Assembly (NCBI GenBank): GCA_964525635.1
Contig: CAZGJX010000085.1
Span: 1 to 19,674 of the forward strand
Reading direction: 5' to 3'
DNA: 19,674 bases
Source: an uncultured archaeon
GTDB lineage: Archaea > Asgardarchaeota > Lokiarchaeia > Sigyniarchaeales > SOKP01
Within the stretch, counting starts at the first letter, position 1. Every line of letters starts with the position of its first letter. Both the position numbers and the translations under genes were made by a program. The notes below the pieces were generated by a model that did not search any database, was not told the origin of the DNA, and worked only from the letters and a program-made list of their open reading frames with translations. This document shows positions 16,801-19,674 of the stretch, in pieces.

Positions 16801-19674
16801 CATTATGAAATAAATCTGCAATCCTCTCTTTCGCTTTTTGACGATTGGTCTGTTGAAGTCTTTCATTTATAAGTTCTGAAACTTTAAAATAAAATTGCAT
16901 ATCCTGTGGTCCCTTAGTCTGAAATTTACCTGTCGTTTTATCAATGTAGATCATATCCGATACTTTATTTATGGAGGCAATTTTTTCGATTAATGGTAAT
17001 AATTGTATATAATTCTCTTCCTTCAATCCTTTATCAACAGAAACTACTATTACTTCATGTTGTTCTTCTATATTTGGATTACTTTCCGCTGCTGCTTTAT
17101 AGAACGGAGCAAATATTCCCGAAAATATATCTACTGCAGCTTTCTCAAGCATATTTACATTTCCAATAACTCTGGAATTCTTGCACTCTACACTAAAAAA
17201 TGCATATCCTTGAATATATGCCTGTAAAATATCATAATATCTCCTATTTACGTCAGAAGGTCTAATTTCTATACCATTGTTCAGATCTTTCATTATATTA
17301 GAAAGAGTCTTTCCTGATAAGATCTCATCAAATTCAGTTCTCGCTTGGATTGGATTGTATTGCATTACTTGATAGAGATGAATTTTATCTAAATCGCCTT
17401 CTACAGCAATAAAATCATTAATGAGAAATTGACTTACAATAAATGCATAACTAAAGACTTCACGATACCAACCTATTTGATAATTGATATTATAGTCAAA
17501 TTGTAATTTTAAGTTATCACCTTCACGCGTCATAAAGCTTTCTAAAAATCGTAAAAGAACTAAAGGAAGTCTCTTATTAATAAAACTCTTAATAAATTCT
17601 TTTTGACCTTGTTCATCATTCAAAAATTCATCAATAACTTGAATAATTTCATCTCCTTGAAATCCCTTATTCTGACTTATAATTTCCTGAATAATTGAGA
17701 ATTGTATACTTTGGATAAGGATATCTTGTATATAAGCAAGTCCTAAATCTTGTATTGTTCTATCAAATCGAGGTCTTAATACAAAATCATTTACAGTATC
17801 TACTAATTTCTCAAAATTTGCAATAAGATCATCAGATAATTCATTATATTTGGAATGGGCTTTAAATTGCTCTAAATATAAATTCTTAATCATGGCGGTT
17901 AAAGCGCTATAAGCAGAATCAGGCTCAAGAATCTTAGAATAATATGAGGCAAATATATTCGTTAGGGGTTCTATAAAATTAATATATAACCCATCAAACC
18001 TTTCTCTAATAATTGGATTTTTAAAATCTACTTTCCCTTCTAAAAGTGTTCCATACTTATATTTAATTAAGTCTGAATAGGTTGTTATTTTCCAACTTCC
18101 ATCTTTAGTAAAGGCTTCCCCAAAATATAAAATCTGACTTCTCTCTTCAACGGATAATTGATCGATTGGAACTAATTCAATAATACAATTAGGGGAGGGT
18201 TTTCCATCTATATCTACACTATATTTATACCCAAGATGGTATAGAATTATTGGGGTAATGCTCTGATGCCTAATCGTTATAGTCTCTCCTGTCTCAACAG
18301 ATTTGAAAGAGACTCCAGGCGCTATTATTTGATCACCCCATTTTGCTACGTATGGCTTTCTTATATCAAGACCTTGTCGAGCAAACCTTAGTTTTGCCAC
18401 GGTTAGTGTCTGACTTATTGTAGGCATAGTATTATCCTTCTTGTAAAGACTTACAGCTGCAAATGACTGAACTTTTTCATTCCACATCCAAGCCTCATCA
18501 GAACTTGCTTCTAATGGAGAGGTAATGGTGAGAGCTATTTTATTATCATCTGATACATCTTCGACTAAAGAAGTCTCTAAATCTTTTTGAGTCTCTTTTA
18601 CCTGCGAAAGCATTCCAATAAGTTTTAAATCCCCATCTAAAGCCTCTTTTTTCGCTTCTAATAATTCAATATTGGATTGCACTTCTGATAAAGCTGAAAC
18701 AGGGGAATTAGATAATGGATCTCCAATATCTCTGTATGTCTTCACCAAAGGTATATATTCTTGATATTTCTGAGTGAAATATGCCTTGATTGTATCATGT
18801 TGCTTTAAAATGGAATCTGGCTTGGAAAGTTCACTATAGATATTTTCATAAATATTATCTAGTTGTCTCTCCTTTATGGCAGAGATACGCCTAATAGTCT
18901 CCCACTTGGCAATAGAGTCACTTGCGATATTGAAGGGAATGGAAGCAAGAGAGAACATGGTTATTGAACTACCTACTGTAGTACCAAATAAAACCATCGA
19001 GCTACCCGCATATAATAATCCTTTCAATGTGTTAGACACAATAATACGCTTCCATGATTTCAGATCTGCTTTTTCTGAGAGGATATCTTGTATTTCATCT
19101 CCCATACGATTCTGGATCTCCTGCTGAACTTCCATCTGGAAATCAATATCAGTTGTAATATCCCTTCCAAACGCATTCTCAATTACCCATTGCATAAGCT
19201 CTTGGTCTTGGCTTAGACGTTGCTCTATATCAATATTGGTATCAGTTGAAATATCTTGACCTTGAATTTTATTAGCTATACTATCACCAAGACGAGCAAG
19301 AGGAGAAAGTCCCGTCTCCCGTAATGATGTGAGCAGAGAGCTTATCCAGTATGCCCAATTTTCTCCATAACCGTGAATCTCTGCTTGTCTCATAACCCAT
19401 GCTTCGATAAAGGAGTCGATATAGAGTTCCTCCATTACTTCCGTAATAGTGCTTATTAATACTTTTCCTAAAGTAAGAGCTATGTCTAGAGCAGAAGAAC
19501 TTGGATTTGCGAGAGAAGCGGTAAGAATAGCTGTGGAGGATATTACAGTTGACCATGTTGTTATTTCCTTTGTGTACCAAATTTCAGCTAGTAAACCAGC
19601 ACTTACCTGTGCAAACGTGTATTGATTAAAAAAGTCCATTGTTGAGTATAAAGTGGCTTGATCGAGAGCCCATT
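13853..19674 (-). CDS. Giant hypothetical protein, C-terminal part (5'-truncated by the window edge)
   Basis: Uninterrupted frame of more than 1,930 codons. It stays open upstream of the ATG at 19639 to the edge (…WALDQATLYST-MDFFNQ). Hydrophobic Ala/Gly/Ser-rich segments near the visible N-end are followed by a coiled-coil-like stretch. Its stop overlaps the LRR gene stop (13853-13856). Confidence 0.88.
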   Translation of the reverse strand, partial: WALDQATLYSTMDFFNQYTFAQVSAGLLAEIWYTKEITTWSTVISSTAILTASLANPSSSALDIALTLGKVLISTITEVMEELYIDSFIEAWVMRQAEIHGYGENWAYWISSLLTSLRETGLSPLARLGDSIANKIQGQDISTDTNIDIEQRLSQDQELMQWVIENAFGRDITTDIDFQMEVQQEIQNRMGDEIQDILSEKADLKSWKRIIVSNTLKGLLYAGSSMVLFGTTVGSSITMFSLASIPFNIASDSIAKWETIRRISAIKERQLDNIYENIYSELSKPDSILKQHDTIKAYFTQKYQEYIPLVKTYRDIGDPLSNSPVSALSEVQSNIELLEAKKEALDGDLKLIGMLSQVKETQKDLETSLVEDVSDDNKIALTITSPLEASSDEAWMWNEKVQSFAAVSLYKKDNTMPTISQTLTVAKLRFARQGLDIRKPYVAKWGDQIIAPGVSFKSVETGETITIRHQSITPIILYHLGYKYSVDIDGKPSPNCIIELVPIDQLSVEERSQILYFGEAFTKDGSWKITTYSDLIKYKYGTLLEGKVDFKNPIIRERFDGLYINFIEPLTNIFASYYSKILEPDSAYSALTAMIKNLYLEQFKAHSKYNELSDDLIANFEKLVDTVNDFVLRPRFDRTIQDLGLAYIQDILIQSIQFSIIQEIISQNKGFQGDEIIQVIDEFLNDEQGQKEFIKSFINKRLPLVLLRFLESFMTREGDNLKLQFDYNINYQIGWYREVFSYAFIVSQFLINDFIAVEGDLDKIHLYQVMQYNPIQARTEFDEILSGKTLSNIMKDLNNGIEIRPSDVNRRYYDILQAYIQGYAFFSVECKNSRVIGNVNMLEKAAVDIFSGIFAPFYKAAAESNPNIEEQHEVIVVSVDKGLKEENYIQLLPLIEKIASINKVSDMIYIDKTTGKFQTKGPQDMQFYFKVSELINERLQQTNRQKAKERIADLFHNDENFKESIKAEALKIYSPSSLDTRLFEVNQLFCQSRIEDKGRWVEFLDLLLIKDENGFYKISWDITFNVYRSTGQQISRTDLSNIDFFVVKEGNNYITKELSEIPNSFDFKRAWIVVHKVTVDNNGDKHIEYGLATPDGMVLKLPEGVKEGLNNMDNNEGIEGVFITNSDGILLEGRVYLDTQSKEIKILTRQELINKIMETLHTKEQEFIGTEINEIYRFSYLRSIIWKTQNKLTCFLQDVSSNIIPTGAHDSYIDGPTIMERRSMIHTNYESFERAKLISTYGVNFVDNYYRIFDLLFRPEGSVGEAQHVNPIIHQYYSILNGYVTDYTYMNFLEGPTIREIDNRINHFFRDENDYFDMDSFLRFIWKNEDDTFRSSEIITYPDGSSTKEEFTAKLWLNEIFNKIITFRFYKYNDPVINNARKLLNDYIAIPDHESQFNVFEKTFTEKEAELAQLVLDLAMDIFGQFTIKLACANMIDYYTFLGDFPDPLVGIVIEDRPIFIMSDFKETLSSRLSHIGFRVQSTRQGAIPKRISDSRNTLEILYGLFFLDPAIRIQLDSGKNFDLTTRIGPILGIQNQDLSPLRAGSTQTIRKYYSTILANIFRDQFSNYGTRDIIHQFEEDMTPLFNYLLHLGETEIDYLHVPQGEKVALKLKLARTLREGVFHYMNHIRSGSGVTIRGFINDFMESKSSLTELVIEDIQLPIRTRGKDTTPLTLRLCKDDLKMIPFSWYTDLTRDFEYLSGKESISPTEIRRLMAKGDIIEFTSRMEDLFTNKLLLSGVRAFILFPARDLGGYYLHLPEKTDTTRNEMLRISSQDGGLTSHFIEIDFSESNSFYLLMHLGYLINSFDCIVGFTKINNDLYEGYDFQNPTNKPSDHRLRIEEWICGLTREGFIDRGDVFSLPHNTKIDTFYTLQVDILGESFPDPNRNFFRDWIIRDAFQNNMVLTSGQGKTDILWYLAYLSSRIDDYSKYIANKLGYL

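Larger units (their letters stand above)
12885..19674. mobile_element. Possible horizontally acquired or integrated island (compositional shift)
   Basis: Higher GC and more CG-containing codons than the rest of the window, preceded by a ~490-nt non-coding gap. No integrase, transposase, att site or tRNA is visible. Confidence 0.35.

Noticed and set aside
17175-17265. PD-(D/E)xK nuclease-like pattern in the giant protein (RPSD…FSVECK)
   Set aside because: The intervening sequence looks helical rather than the expected beta hairpin, and such short motifs occur by chance in a 1,900-aa protein. It needs structure prediction.
13505-19580. Short ORFs overlapping the LRR and giant genes (13505-13846, 14601-14792, 15007-15198, 16299-16517, 17003-17227, 18876-19127, 19284-19580)
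   Set aside because: Antisense or alternative-frame shadows with no recognisable motifs.
19637-19639. ATG at 19639 as the true start of the giant gene
   Set aside because: The frame stays open to the window edge with coding-like sequence and no promoter-like AT tract, so the real start is probably further upstream.

Overview
Very AT-rich archaeal chromosomal DNA. The longin/roadblock proteins, an Arf/Rag-like small GTPase and a 'FRVNDYIELRLE..FWAHCSNLQAW' LRR protein point to an Asgard archaeon, most likely Lokiarchaeia (inference from gene content). Four blocks: (1) 118-1224, a protein that looks like three tandem longin/roadblock domains, with a possible SECIS-like hairpin just beyond its 3' end; (2) 1369-6294, a thiol/Fe-S redox cluster (CCG protein, two tandem protein-disulfide oxidoreductases, thioredoxin reductase) interrupted by an orphan Cys-rich PAS histidine kinase; (3) 6733-11229, a co-directional run of ArsR, small GTPase, MASE3/PAS histidine kinase, receiver fused to a uDENN/longin-like domain, and a hypothetical protein, then Lrp/AsnC and Hsp20; (4) 12885-19674, a visibly GC-richer block with an LRR protein convergent on the C-terminal >1,900 aa of a giant protein that runs off the window. 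The best candidate for an undescribed system is block 3, a two-component phosphorelay that may control a eukaryote-like small GTPase through a REC-longin protein. All domain calls are by eye from motifs; no searches were run.
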